64,000 nt of DNA from Synechococcus sp. (GTDB taxonomy: Bacteria > Cyanobacteriota > Cyanobacteriia > Thermostichales > PCC-7336): assembly GCA_051439425.1 (NCBI GenBank), contig JBFRWD010000102.1, positions 1 through 64,000 on the forward strand, read 5' to 3'. The notes under the pieces were generated by a model. It did no database searches, was not told the origin of the DNA, and was given only the letters and a program-made list of their open reading frames with translations. Both the position numbers and the translations under genes were made by a program. Positions 34,656-44,984 of this stretch are shown one piece after another (within the stretch, counting starts at the first letter, position 1; the number at the start of each line of letters is the position of its first letter).

Positions 34656-34741
34656 AATCCGCTGTAAGGTCTGGAGTGCGAGGACAGCTCAAGCCCTCGC
34701 TCTAACGGAAAATATTGCTAGAGACTTCTCCATGACTGATT
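34656..34741 (+). repeat. Dispersed intergenic repeat family A, copy 3
   Basis: AATCCGCTGTAAGGTCTGGAGTGCGAGGACAGCTCAA..GCTAGAG..CTCCATGACTGATT. Confidence 0.8.
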
Positions 34742-34909
34742 GCAAAACGCAATAAGCTCAAGCATTCACATTCAAGGATCTCGGCTCGAAACAAAGTTGG
34801 GGGACACGGACAACGTCGGGAGCACTCAATCTGGATTCTCGACAGAAGAAGCCCGACAGTCCCAAGATCGACTACACTCATCAGCGGTGTCGCAGCCGAT
34901 CGAACTGTT

Positions 34910-35926
34910 GTGAGAAAGCTCTACTGCCTACTACCGGGAACGACTCCCCCATTTGGCGGTGGCGGGTTGTGGGCAGAACTCAAGTTTATCGAACTGGCCC
35001 GACAATTCTGTGAGGTGGAGATCGTCACCTACCGCCAGTACGAACCCAACCGCCCCTTTCTCGACACACTACACAACCGACACGATCCCTCCGGCATCTT
35101 TGTCATGAGTTGGGGATTTGACGTTAAAAAATTGTCCTATCGCCTGCGTCACGATAACGTTGTCTACCACGCCCACAGTTGCGGTTACCCCTTTCGGCTG
35201 CCCGTTCGCGTTCCCATCATTGCTGTCAGTCGCAACACCTTGGGCTATTGGGGTCGCAAAGCTCCAAATTCTCCCTTGTTTTACGTACCGAACTCAATTG
35301 GCGAAGAGTTTCGCGATCGCCGCCAGTCTCGTGACATTGACGTATTGGTACAGACTCGCAAGATGTCCAGCTACGTCCTCGAGCGCTTGGTGCCGGCCTT
35401 ACAACAGGTGTGCCGAGTTCAGCTAGTCGATCGCTACGTGGATGATTTAGCAGGGTTATTTAATCGCTCGAAGGTCTATCTCTACGATTCTGCCGATTAT
35501 TGGGCAGTGAATGGAGTCACGGAAGGATTTGGATTGCCGCCGATAGAAGCTATGGCCTGCGGCTGCCAGGTGTTTTCCAGCGTCAACGATGCGCTAGCAG
35601 ATTACCTCGATCCCGGCTTCAACTGCCAAAAAATCGCTGTCTACTCTCTGGACTACGACATCCAGCGCATCCAAGCGGCCGTCTTGGGTCAACAACGCAT
35701 GTCTGTGGATGCCCGATGTTTCGATCCCTATCGGGATACCGCCGTCTCCAGAAAACTACAGCAAGTATTGGTTGACATCAATCTGTTCTTCGATCACCGC
35801 GATCGCCACCCCAATTCCCTCCCCCAACTCACATTCTGGCGATTGCAGCAGTTGTGGTGGCAGCAAATGTTGCAAAAACTGCTCAAACGCCACCAGCGTA
35901 AAAAACAAGCGAAACTGATGAAGTAA
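34910..35926 (+). CDS. GT-B glycosyltransferase (GT4-like)
   Basis: EGFGLPPIEAMACG motif. Confidence 0.88.
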   Translation: MRKLYCLLPGTTPPFGGGGLWAELKFIELARQFCEVEIVTYRQYEPNRPFLDTLHNRHDPSGIFVMSWGFDVKKLSYRLRHDNVVYHAHSCGYPFRLPVRVPIIAVSRNTLGYWGRKAPNSPLFYVPNSIGEEFRDRRQSRDIDVLVQTRKMSSYVLERLVPALQQVCRVQLVDRYVDDLAGLFNRSKVYLYDSADYWAVNGVTEGFGLPPIEAMACGCQVFSSVNDALADYLDPGFNCQKIAVYSLDYDIQRIQAAVLGQQRMSVDARCFDPYRDTAVSRKLQQVLVDINLFFDHRDRHPNSLPQLTFWRLQQLWWQQMLQKLLKRHQRKKQAKLMK

Positions 35927-36102
35927 GCACAGCAGAGATTTACCCAAACTCTAGCAATGACAGGACTGACCTCGCTGTCGGTTGCGTGCGATTGCTGGCT
36001 GTTTGCAGCGAGTGAAGGTACAACTGTGGCAGCGATCGGCGAATACCCTTGCCTGTTAATCCATTTGTCCGCTCGTCACTCTAGCTGTCAACGGATCTGA
36101 GT

Positions 36103-37134
36103 TTGCTTGTGAGTCGTTCAACCAGTTCCCTACGATCGTTTGTCATTACCCGACTCCTGTTGTTGCCAGTCACATTGTGGGCAGTTTCGACCTTCCTATT
36201 CGTTCTACTAAGAATCACGGGCGATCCGATCGACGCCGCCCTTGGCCCGCGGGCATCAGAAGCCGCACGCGAACAAATGCGTCAAGCTATGGGGCTGACT
36301 GGCACGTATTTCGAGCAGTACCTGCGCTACATGGGTCAACTGCTGCATTTCGACTTAGGGACTTCCTTATCAACCACGGGTAAACCCGTTTGGGACATTA
36401 TTGGGGATTTCTTCCCCGCCACCCTGGAGTTAGCGATTGGCGGTCTAGTTGTCTCCTTAGTCCTTGCCATTCCATTTGGTTTGCTAGCAGCCACCCATCC
36501 CGATAGTCCCATCGACACTGCCACCCGTACCACCGGCATTTTGACGTATGCCATTCCGGTGTTCTGGATTGGGATGCTCTTGCAACTCATCTTTGGGGTG
36601 TTTTTGGGCTGGTTTCCGATTGGCAATCGCTTGCCTCCCGCCCTCAGTCCACCCACACATTTCACGGGGCTATACACCATCGATGCGGCCATTGCCCGAG
36701 ATTGGCCAACATTCACGGCCGCACTGCACCATTTGGCCATGCCTGCATTCACATTGGGCTTGGTCTTAGCTGGGGTATTTGCCCGCATGATTCGGGTACA
36801 TATGTTAGAGGTGCTGACATTGCCATTCATAGCGGCAGCACGGGCAAAAGGTCTGGCCGAATGGCGGGTGACTCTGCTGCATGCCGGACGGAATGCGCTA
36901 GTGCCGATTCTGACCGTGATTGGACTGGCTCTTGCCTCCCTAATGGGGGGCGCATTACTGACGGAGGTGACGTTTTCGTGGCCGGGATTGGCCAGACGCT
37001 TAATGCTGGCTATTGGCGATCGCGATTATTTCGTGGTGCAGGGGCTAGTGGTATTCTTCGCTGCGATTGTGGTCACGATGAGTTTGCTGCTGGATATCCT
37101 CAACGCTTACATCGATCCCCGCATTCGGTACTGA
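36103..37134 (+). CDS. Peptide/nickel ABC transporter permease (DppB-like)
   Basis: DLGTS, PATLEL, ARAKGL EAA loop, DPRIRY. Confidence 0.92.
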   Translation: MLVSRSTSSLRSFVITRLLLLPVTLWAVSTFLFVLLRITGDPIDAALGPRASEAAREQMRQAMGLTGTYFEQYLRYMGQLLHFDLGTSLSTTGKPVWDIIGDFFPATLELAIGGLVVSLVLAIPFGLLAATHPDSPIDTATRTTGILTYAIPVFWIGMLLQLIFGVFLGWFPIGNRLPPALSPPTHFTGLYTIDAAIARDWPTFTAALHHLAMPAFTLGLVLAGVFARMIRVHMLEVLTLPFIAAARAKGLAEWRVTLLHAGRNALVPILTVIGLALASLMGGALLTEVTFSWPGLARRLMLAIGDRDYFVVQGLVVFFAAIVVTMSLLLDILNAYIDPRIRY

Positions 37135-39186
37135 TGGCTGCTGCCGTGTGGGTTTCGGTGCGACATGGGCAGCATAATCGGCTTTAACGCGGTCAAATAG
37201 GGTGCGATCGCCGCCTTTCAATCCAACCACTTCGTACAGTTCAGTCTCGGCACTACGGCCTCTCAACTGCTGAGCCCCCAGGGGATTAACGTCGATCTCG
37301 TCCACCACCAAGTCATATACAGATTGGGTCACAATCAGGTCAGTCTTGTATTCCTTGGTCAACGATTCAACGCGACTCGCTACGTTAACCGCATCACCGA
37401 TCGCCGTATATTCCAGCCGCTGGGGCGAGCCAATATTTCCGACCACAACGTCCCCAAAGTTAATCCCAATACCGTTAAACATCAGGGGTTTACCCTCTTT
37501 GGCCCATTCTGCTCGCAGATCTGCTAATGCCGATCGCATCGCAAGCGCCGCTTGAATCGCATTCAACGCATCTTGCTTGTGGCCAGAGCTAACGGGAGAG
37601 CCAAATTCCGCCATCACCGCATCCCCAATGAACTTGTCTACACATCCTTGGTGTCGGGTGATGGCATCCACCATCGTGCCCAAGTAACGATTCAGTTGGG
37701 GGACGAGTTCTTCGGGGGGAAGCTGGCTGGAAATGGTGGTGAAGCCCCGAATGTCTGAGAAGAGCAGAGACACTTTCAGGCTCTTGCCGCGAAAGAGATC
37801 TTGCAGGCCCTTTTGTTGGTTGGAGATGATTTCGGCAGCGACCGGAGCAGAGACATAGCGTTCGAGGGTTGTTTGCATGCGCAGACGACCGAGGCGATCG
37901 GCGATCGCAATATTCACCGCATCCGCCATCCCTGAAAAAAACAGCGCCGCACCAGCCCATATGGTTACCGTAACAACCCAGCCAGAGAGAAATAGACCAT
38001 AGGACAGCCCCACCCACACAGTGGTGGCAGCCAATGTTCCCAAGACCACGTATTTCGTGTTGGTGGGCCGCGTCACTAGCCAGCCTCCCCCCAACCCCAC
38101 CATCAAGATAGTTAGCATTTGCCAGGGGAGAGGCATAGTTTGCATCCACTGTCGCGTCTGCAGGTTAGCCAAGTTGGTGAGCACAATTTCCGGCCCCGGC
38201 ATCCGCCCCCAAGGAGTGGTGTGAATGTCTTGCAGAGCAGGACTGGTGGCTCCAATCAAGACAATTTTGTCGCGGAAGGTGGTGTCATCAATGTTGGCTG
38301 CGCGCAGTGCAGGAACCATCAATTGCGAATAGGAAATGTACTCCAGCGTTCTGAGTTCGCCGTAGTAGTAAGCCCAGTCCCCCGAACGACGGGGCAGTGA
38401 TTGTCCAGCTGCCTGCAGGCCAGCTTCCGCCAGTGAGAGAAGCTCTCCCCCGCGTAAGTGGGGAATGTCTGGGGGTTGAAATGTCGTGGACAGGCGGTAG
38501 ATAACGCTATTGTCAGCGGGGACGACGTTGGTGTAGCCCACTCGAACGCCAGTATTGAGAAAGGTAGAAATAGGTAAGGTGACCCGGTTGATGGTGCCTT
38601 GGCGGAGATCGGCTTGAGGATAGTGACCTGCCAAAACGATGCGATCGCTATATTGCTCTAGAACTTCAGCAAAGGTGCGATCGTCGCGGGGACCGTAGGA
38701 GCTACCGGTGTTGAAGATAACATCGAAAATAACGGCTTCGGCGCCTGCATCCATTAGCAGTTCGACGGCTCGGGCATGAACTCTGCGGGGCCACGGCCAG
38801 GAGTCCATGGCTTTGAGGATAGGGGTTTCTTCTAGCTCCTCTGGCCACACTAGATCTGTGACAGTCAAGGCTTCGTCATCAATAGCCAGCAGCACCACAT
38901 TGTCAGGCGGAGTTGTCTCTCCGCGCAGTCGCGTGAACAGTGACATCAACTCCAGTTCGTAGCGGGTGAGGGAGAGATTGTGGCGACTAGCTTGCAGGAC
39001 ACGCCCTAGCCATGCAGGCTGTAAAGAAAGAACAAAATCACGGGAAGGCAGACTAATTAGCCACAAAAATAAGACGATACCGGTAGCTCCCGATATGGCC
39101 AGAAGTTGGCGGCGATTTCGCTTAGAGCGCAATCGAGTTGGAGAGCGGGCGAGGCTATCTCGTAAAGATTGCAGCGGGCTGAACAT
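37045..39186 (-). CDS. CHASE2-domain membrane class III nucleotide cyclase, probably adenylate cyclase
   Basis: WPWPR, GPEI (CHASE2), 3 TMs, FSDIRGFT, DKFIGDAVM, EYTAIGDAVNVASRVE. Confidence 0.92.
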   Translation of the reverse strand: MFSPLQSLRDSLARSPTRLRSKRNRRQLLAISGATGIVLFLWLISLPSRDFVLSLQPAWLGRVLQASRHNLSLTRYELELMSLFTRLRGETTPPDNVVLLAIDDEALTVTDLVWPEELEETPILKAMDSWPWPRRVHARAVELLMDAGAEAVIFDVIFNTGSSYGPRDDRTFAEVLEQYSDRIVLAGHYPQADLRQGTINRVTLPISTFLNTGVRVGYTNVVPADNSVIYRLSTTFQPPDIPHLRGGELLSLAEAGLQAAGQSLPRRSGDWAYYYGELRTLEYISYSQLMVPALRAANIDDTTFRDKIVLIGATSPALQDIHTTPWGRMPGPEIVLTNLANLQTRQWMQTMPLPWQMLTILMVGLGGGWLVTRPTNTKYVVLGTLAATTVWVGLSYGLFLSGWVVTVTIWAGAALFFSGMADAVNIAIADRLGRLRMQTTLERYVSAPVAAEIISNQQKGLQDLFRGKSLKVSLLFSDIRGFTTISSQLPPEELVPQLNRYLGTMVDAITRHQGCVDKFIGDAVMAEFGSPVSSGHKQDALNAIQAALAMRSALADLRAEWAKEGKPLMFNGIGINFGDVVVGNIGSPQRLEYTAIGDAVNVASRVESLTKEYKTDLIVTQSVYDLVVDEIDVNPLGAQQLRGRSAETELYEVVGLKGGDRTLFDRVKADYAAHVAPKPTRQQPSVPNAGIDVSVEDIQQQTHRDHNRSEEYH

Positions 39187-39280
39187 GGTGTAAGAACCCG
39201 AAAAAAACTGCAGGAAAAGTATTTACTCGAATTAACAAGCTTACGAGCATCTCATCTTTGCTCCTCACTTGTTTGCTCGC

Positions 39281-39967
39281 TCAAATCAGTAGATCTTCTA
39301 AGTCGTCCATGCTGGGGATACAGATAATATCTCGATCACGATCGCGCTGTATCAACCCTTTTGTCTCCAACTTTCCCAAAATTCGGGTCACCGTCTCTCG
39401 TGCCAAACCGCTCAAACTCCCCAACTCTCTGTGGGGCAAATTGGGAATTTCCACCCCCGCCCGACTCACACGACCGCGAAACTCTGCCAAGAATAAAAGA
39501 ATATCCACCACACGCGCATTGCTACCCGACTCCCGCAACTGCAACCGCCGATTAATCTGCCGCAACCGCCGCGAAATCAGCTGGGCCAACCGCACCCCAC
39601 AGGCCGAGTCCGCCTCCAAAAAATCCACGAACGTCTTCGCCGGTAACAGCGCCACCTTCGCCTCTGTCAACGAAATCACATCCGTCGATCGCGGCGATTC
39701 ATCCAACGCCGCCATCTCCCCCACCACTTCCCCCGGGCCCAAAATGTTGAGCGTGACTTCCTTACCATCAATGTTGTAAGTGCGAATTTTTACCCACCCT
39801 TCCACCACAAAATAAACACTGCTGCCCCAGTCATCCTGCAAAATAATCGTCTGATTCTGGGGATGCTGGCGCACCGTCATCTGCTTGCCCAGATTGCCGA
39901 GCACATCGGGAGAAAACCCCTCAAACAAGGGCATCAATCTCAACTCATCCGCAGACAGACCGGCCAT
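39281..39967 (-). CDS. Crp/Fnr family regulator (cAMP receptor, SyCRP1-like)
   Basis: GEMAALDESPRSTDV phosphate-binding cassette; RETVTR recognition helix. Confidence 0.9.
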   Translation of the reverse strand: MAGLSADELRLMPLFEGFSPDVLGNLGKQMTVRQHPQNQTIILQDDWGSSVYFVVEGWVKIRTYNIDGKEVTLNILGPGEVVGEMAALDESPRSTDVISLTEAKVALLPAKTFVDFLEADSACGVRLAQLISRRLRQINRRLQLRESGSNARVVDILLFLAEFRGRVSRAGVEIPNLPHRELGSLSGLARETVTRILGKLETKGLIQRDRDRDIICIPSMDDLEDLLI

Positions 39968-40021
39968 GAACTCACCAATGAACGAGCAATTTACTCTCGA
40001 CAGTAACCAAATCAGCCTGTC

Positions 40022-41500
40022 CTAGCGACCAAAAATCTTAACGATCCCCGATCGCACCAGTTCAAACAGACTTGCCGTTTCCTCCAACTGCCGCTGCCGA
40101 TCGCCATCTACAAGTGAGGTCGTTCGCGATCGCTCCGCAATCACCTGTGCAATTCGCTCTGCCATCTCCGGATTAGCATCCAACAACTGTTGAAACGCCT
40201 TGCGCTCGAACGCCAACAACTCCGTATCCTCCACCGCCATCACCGTGGCCGTCCGCACCTGGCCCGTCAACACTGCAATTTCGCCAAAATACTCTTCTGC
40301 TTTGAGGCGAGCCAACACCGGTCGCCCCGGCTTCAGCAGGACATGTACTTGACCGCTGAGAATGATGTAAAAGCGATCGCCCTCTTCCCCCGCTCGACAC
40401 ACCATCTCCCCCACCGTATAGCGCAGCAACTGCCCGGAATTGAGAAAGTCCTTCTGCTGTTCGGGAGAACACATCTGCAAGAAATCCACAGCCTGTAACT
40501 TAGCCAATGCCCCTGCAGGCAGCTGCGATCGCCCATTCGGATGATGGCGGCGAATAATCGTATCGCGGATTGGAAACGGTACTGTAATCCCGGCTCGCTC
40601 TAGGGAGTACCACACCCGCTGGCGAATCTGACTTTGGATCCGTCGCTGTTCCCCCGGAAGGCGGCTCCAATACAAAACCTGGTAATTAATTGAGAAATCG
40701 GCATAGTCCTTCACAATCACCGATACAGGAGGTTGCTGCAGCACACCGTCTACAGATTGGGCAGCTTGTTGCAACACCCGAATAATTTGACTGGGTGGAG
40801 TCTTGTATCCGAGGCCAAAATCGACCTGTTGGGCAAACGCTTTCTCGCGACTGAAATTGACCAACTTCGAACGGCCAATCGAGCTATTGGGAATCGAGAT
40901 CGTTTCGCGATCGATAGTCCGAATCACCGTCGCTCGCCAATTCAACGACAACACCTCCCCCCGACACTCATCCACCGCAATCCAATCCCCCTGCAAAAAC
41001 GGCGCATCCATTTGCAGGCCAATTCCTGCAAAGAAATTCGCCAGTGTTTCCTGCAGCGCAAAACCAATCACCACCGCTCCAACCGTCGAGATGGTGAAAA
41101 TCCAGTTGAAAATCCCCCGCAAATCTACGCCGTCAAACAGGTTAGAAATCAGCAGCGCCAAAACAGTCGAGCTAATAAATACCTGAGTCAGGTCAAAGAA
41201 AATGCGCGGAGGCGGGCGGTTGAGAGTGCGGCGGAGCGGCTCAATCGCACCCTGTACCATCAGCACGGAAACAATCACTCCAATCGCCACCGTCAGATAG
41301 GGATAAAAACTCCCTAAAAATCTGGGAAACGCCAAGGACAGAGCCAACCACAACCAGATGGCCACCTGGCATAACATCAGCGGCACCCCAATCGCCTGAT
41401 GCCAGCGGGGTAGCGATCGGTAAAGCTGGCGATTGAGCCACCATGTAGAACTCAGACCAACCGCCAAGACTATTGCTAAAATGCCAACGCTAATTGGCAT
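40022..41500 (-). CDS. MscS-family channel with C-terminal cNMP-binding domain
   Basis: GFALQETLANFFAG, WRAT..T, IPNS, PFP; FGEIAVLTGQVRTATV. Confidence 0.92.
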   Translation of the reverse strand: MPISVGILAIVLAVGLSSTWWLNRQLYRSLPRWHQAIGVPLMLCQVAIWLWLALSLAFPRFLGSFYPYLTVAIGVIVSVLMVQGAIEPLRRTLNRPPPRIFFDLTQVFISSTVLALLISNLFDGVDLRGIFNWIFTISTVGAVVIGFALQETLANFFAGIGLQMDAPFLQGDWIAVDECRGEVLSLNWRATVIRTIDRETISIPNSSIGRSKLVNFSREKAFAQQVDFGLGYKTPPSQIIRVLQQAAQSVDGVLQQPPVSVIVKDYADFSINYQVLYWSRLPGEQRRIQSQIRQRVWYSLERAGITVPFPIRDTIIRRHHPNGRSQLPAGALAKLQAVDFLQMCSPEQQKDFLNSGQLLRYTVGEMVCRAGEEGDRFYIILSGQVHVLLKPGRPVLARLKAEEYFGEIAVLTGQVRTATVMAVEDTELLAFERKAFQQLLDANPEMAERIAQVIAERSRTTSLVDGDRQRQLEETASLFELVRSGIVKIFGR

Positions 41501-41714
41501 ACTCTTTCACCGAGTTAGTACCATCACCGGAATCATTCGTCATCCGGATTGCAATCCTCATTCGAAGATGTCTGCTGCCCTACTAGCACACCGACCTCGG
41601 GGGCTGCTGCTCCAGTTTTAGCGCAAGCCCGTTTCTCTGGCCGCTGTCCTCAATGAGTAAGTGAGACAATCGGTTGCATTGATTTCCGGACCCGTTATTT
41701 GTGAGGCTGACCGA

Positions 41715-43025
41715 ATGGTTTCTACTGCCCCCAGCTCAACTACTAGCTTTAGCTCAAATAGCATGATGCCCGTCGCAGACGCAGAACGGCTCGTCCTCGG
41801 CTGCGCCCAACCTCTTGGCACCGAATGGATTGAACTGGGTAGTGCCACCAGTCGTGTTCTGGCATCCGACCTACTGAGCCCGCACGATTTCCCTCCGGCC
41901 CCCACCTCCAGCATGGATGGCTACGGCGTCCGTCATGCCGACCTCACCAGCATCCCCTGCGACTTGTCCGTCATTGAAACCTTACCGGCAGGTACCGTCA
42001 GCCAAACAGCCCTCCAACCGGGCCAAGCAGCCAGATTATTCACCGGCTCCGAGCTGCCTCCAGGAGCTGACACAATTGTGATTCAGGAGGATACGCAGCG
42101 GACAGGAAATACCGTCAAGGTGTTGGAAGCCTATCCGTTGGGCAAATTTGTCCGCCAGCAAGGGCAATTTTGTCAAGCAGGCGATCGCCTCATGGCCACC
42201 GGCCAGGTATTGGGGGCTCCCGAAATCGCCCTACTGGCAGCAGTACGCCACCTTAACCTGCAGGTGTACCGGCAGGCCAGAGTCGGGATTTTTTCCACCG
42301 GCGACGAGCTAGTCAGCCCGGAACAGCCACCCCAACCGGGTCAGGTTGTGGATTCCAACCAACCGGGATTGAGTGCGCTCGTTCGACAAGCGGGGGCCAT
42401 TCCCCACCGGTTTGGCATTGTCAAAGATACCGAGTCGGGTGAGATTGCTGGCGGTAAAGGAGCCCTGAAACAGGCGATCGCAGCAGCTCTGGCCACGTGC
42501 GATGTCATTCTCTCCAGTGGCGGCGTCTCAGTCGGAGACTACGACCACGTCGAATCAGTCTTGGAAGACTTAGGCGCCGATATTCTCATCCGCAAGGTTG
42601 CCATCAAACCCGGAAAGCCATTCACATTCGCCACCTTCCCGAGAGCATCTGGCTCCCCTCAGCTATACTGCGGCTTACCCGGAAACCCCGTATCGGCAAT
42701 GGTGTGTTTTTGGCGATTTGTCCTACCAGCATTGCACAAGCTCCACGGCCAGCAACCACCGTACTCACCCGGATTCACCACCGCGATCGCCCAGTCAGAA
42801 CTACGTGCTGGCGGTGTGCGAGAAACCTATTTGTGGGGTCGAGTGGCGATCGTTCGTAGGGGACACGAGAGCGGACAATTACACTTTTTCCCTGCCAACG
42901 AGCACGGCTCGGGCAATCTAGTTAACCTGGCGGGAACCAACGCTTTAGCCGTCTTGCCTGTCGGAACCCAGCGGGTTAACGCAGGAGCATCCGTCGCCAT
43001 TTTGATGACAGCACCGCTGACATAA
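41715..43025 (+). CDS. moeA: Molybdopterin molybdotransferase
   Basis: SSMDGY, STGDEL, SGGVSVGDYD, KPGKP, LPGNPVS; start uncertain (41661-41764). Confidence 0.95.
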   Translation: MVSTAPSSTTSFSSNSMMPVADAERLVLGCAQPLGTEWIELGSATSRVLASDLLSPHDFPPAPTSSMDGYGVRHADLTSIPCDLSVIETLPAGTVSQTALQPGQAARLFTGSELPPGADTIVIQEDTQRTGNTVKVLEAYPLGKFVRQQGQFCQAGDRLMATGQVLGAPEIALLAAVRHLNLQVYRQARVGIFSTGDELVSPEQPPQPGQVVDSNQPGLSALVRQAGAIPHRFGIVKDTESGEIAGGKGALKQAIAAALATCDVILSSGGVSVGDYDHVESVLEDLGADILIRKVAIKPGKPFTFATFPRASGSPQLYCGLPGNPVSAMVCFWRFVLPALHKLHGQQPPYSPGFTTAIAQSELRAGGVRETYLWGRVAIVRRGHESGQLHFFPANEHGSGNLVNLAGTNALAVLPVGTQRVNAGASVAILMTAPLT

Positions 43026-43211
43026 GCATCGAATCTTTACATCGGCACCACATGCAGATACGTAGTGTAAAGTTGGGCTCCGCGAAAGTGCGGTTTTATC
43101 GGGCAACTTCATTAAGAAACTTGGGAAAGTTAGAAGCTGCACCGATCCACGCAGAAAGTATGTGAGCCTATAATCGGTGTACCTTTCCTTCTTACCGTGA
43201 GGGCCAACTGC

Positions 43212-43931
43212 ATGGAGTGGCATGCTAGCAACGCCGAACACCTAGCCTGCATCGATCGCCAAGTTGGGGATCACGGGCTGCCTCCCGCAATCTACGAGGT
43301 TGTACGACGAGCCATTCACGCTACAGCAGATTTCGATTACCTCCACAGCATTCATTTTTCTGAAAACGCCCTTAAGTTTGGAGCGGCTTCAGTCGCCGCC
43401 CGCACGACGATCGTTGTGGACGATCCGATGGTTCAGGTCGGCATCGTTCGCACTATTCAGGATACGTTTGCCAATCCCGTTTACTGTGGAGCAGAGACAA
43501 TTACCCGCCCCCAACGGGCCAAGTCCGAAGTGGCTTGGGGGGTCGAAACCCTCGCTCGTCGCTACCCCGAGGCTATTTTTGTCATCGGACAATCCGCCGA
43601 AGCCCTCTCCACTCTGGTGTCGCTGATTACAGCAGAAGAAGCAGCCCCTTCCCTCATCATCGCTGCGCCTCCTAGCTTCGATCCAATAGGCAAAGGTGGG
43701 CCTGAAGACGCAGCCAGCAAACTCAATCCCAAACAGCAACTAGCCCAATTGCAAGTACCGCATATCGTCACAACAGGTACAAAAGGTTCAGCCTGTGTAG
43801 CTGCAGCAATCTTAGATGGTCTACTCGACCTCACATGGCAAGCCTACGTTCGCAAAGCAGCTGCCAAGCGTCGTCATCAAGAGCAAAGTCAGAAGGTTCA
43901 GCCTACTGTGGGTGCAGCTGTGACGGCCTAG
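43212..43931 (+). CDS. Precorrin-8X methylmutase-like (CobH/CbiC family), divergent
   Basis: VVRRAIHATADFDY, IFVIGQ, GTKGSACVAAA; start placed at MEWH. Confidence 0.75.
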   Translation: MEWHASNAEHLACIDRQVGDHGLPPAIYEVVRRAIHATADFDYLHSIHFSENALKFGAASVAARTTIVVDDPMVQVGIVRTIQDTFANPVYCGAETITRPQRAKSEVAWGVETLARRYPEAIFVIGQSAEALSTLVSLITAEEAAPSLIIAAPPSFDPIGKGGPEDAASKLNPKQQLAQLQVPHIVTTGTKGSACVAAAILDGLLDLTWQAYVRKAAAKRRHQEQSQKVQPTVGAAVTA

Positions 43932-44209
43932 GGAGATGGTGAAACACTGAGGGGCTGGTGGTGTTTATAGGATCATTGGTCATTCGTAGGTGTTGGCTTA
44001 CAGTTCTCAACGATCTGGCAAGTAAGCTAGCCTCACCAGTTGGCAGTGTTCAAGAGAGCAATCCAATAAACAGGTTAAGTATTGATAGCGAGAGAGGCCA
44101 GCAACCTCCTAAGCAAACGCCCCAAACCGATTCCACTTTCCCCTTAATCCCCATAATTATTGGACCCTTAGTTTTACTCTTAGGGCAGCCTGCCATGAGG
44201 ACAAGCAGT

Positions 44210-44272
44210 AATGACCAAGGACTAATAACCAAGGAGCAATGACTAATGACCAATGACCAAGAACTAACAATC
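44210..44272. repeat. STRR-like heptamer tandem array (~9 units)
   Basis: AATGACC AAGGACT AATAACC AAGGAGC AATGACT AATGACC AATGACC AAGAACT AACAATC. Confidence 0.85.
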
Positions 44273-44289
44273 ACCCCATAACTCTCCCA

Positions 44290-44799
44290 ATGCCCCAAGC
44301 CCCCCTTCCTCCCCAAACGCTCACCCACATCACTCCCGATGGCCAAATCGCCATGGTCGACGTCTCCGACAAAGCGATTACGACTCGACAAGCAACTGCT
44401 GGCGGACAAGTGCGCATGCAGTCCGAGACTCTAGACGCAATTTTGGCAGGTAATGCACCAAAAGGAAGCGCGATCGAAACCGCTCGACTGGCTGGGATTA
44501 TGGCAGCCAAACAAACCGCAAATTTAATACCGCTTTGCCATCCACTACCGCTGGGAAAAATCGCCGTCGAAATTACCCCCGACCCTCAATTGCCTGGATT
44601 ATCGATCGAAGCCACGGTCAAGACATCTGCACCCACCGGCGTTGAAATGGAGGCACTGACAGCAGTATCGGTAGCGGCTCTAACGCTATACGACATGGCC
44701 AAAGCATTGGAAAAGTCCATGCAGATTGAGAATATTCGTCTACTGAAAAAAAGCGGTGGCAAATCTGGCGATTACGACGTGCAGACACAGGGTGAATAA
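44290..44799 (+). CDS. moaC: Cyclic pyranopterin monophosphate synthase
   Basis: [33 protein letters not shown]. Confidence 0.97.
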   Translation: MPQAPLPPQTLTHITPDGQIAMVDVSDKAITTRQATAGGQVRMQSETLDAILAGNAPKGSAIETARLAGIMAAKQTANLIPLCHPLPLGKIAVEITPDPQLPGLSIEATVKTSAPTGVEMEALTAVSVAALTLYDMAKALEKSMQIENIRLLKKSGGKSGDYDVQTQGE

Positions 44800-44920
44800 C
44801 GGCGATCGCTCGATCCCTCAAGCCCACTGGCATGCAAATGCTATGCCCCCTCTCAACCAGAGTCCCCAGAACATATGCACGTCGCAATGCCTTTTATCCA
44901 CACACAAATTATCCATAAAC

Positions 44921-44946
44921 AAAAAGCGGGCCTCAGGCGGCCCGCT
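44921..44946 (-). terminator. Terminator downstream of ftsH
   Basis: AAAAAGCGGGCC-tcaggc-GGCCCGCT; U-tail on the minus strand. Confidence 0.75.
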
Positions 44947-44984
44947 CCAGCTATCTAAGTGAGTTAGCGCATGTCGAGATTGAC

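Noticed and set aside
43932..44289. Moco or cobalamin riboswitch near cobH-like/moaC
   Set aside because: No recognisable consensus elements; an Rfam scan would be needed
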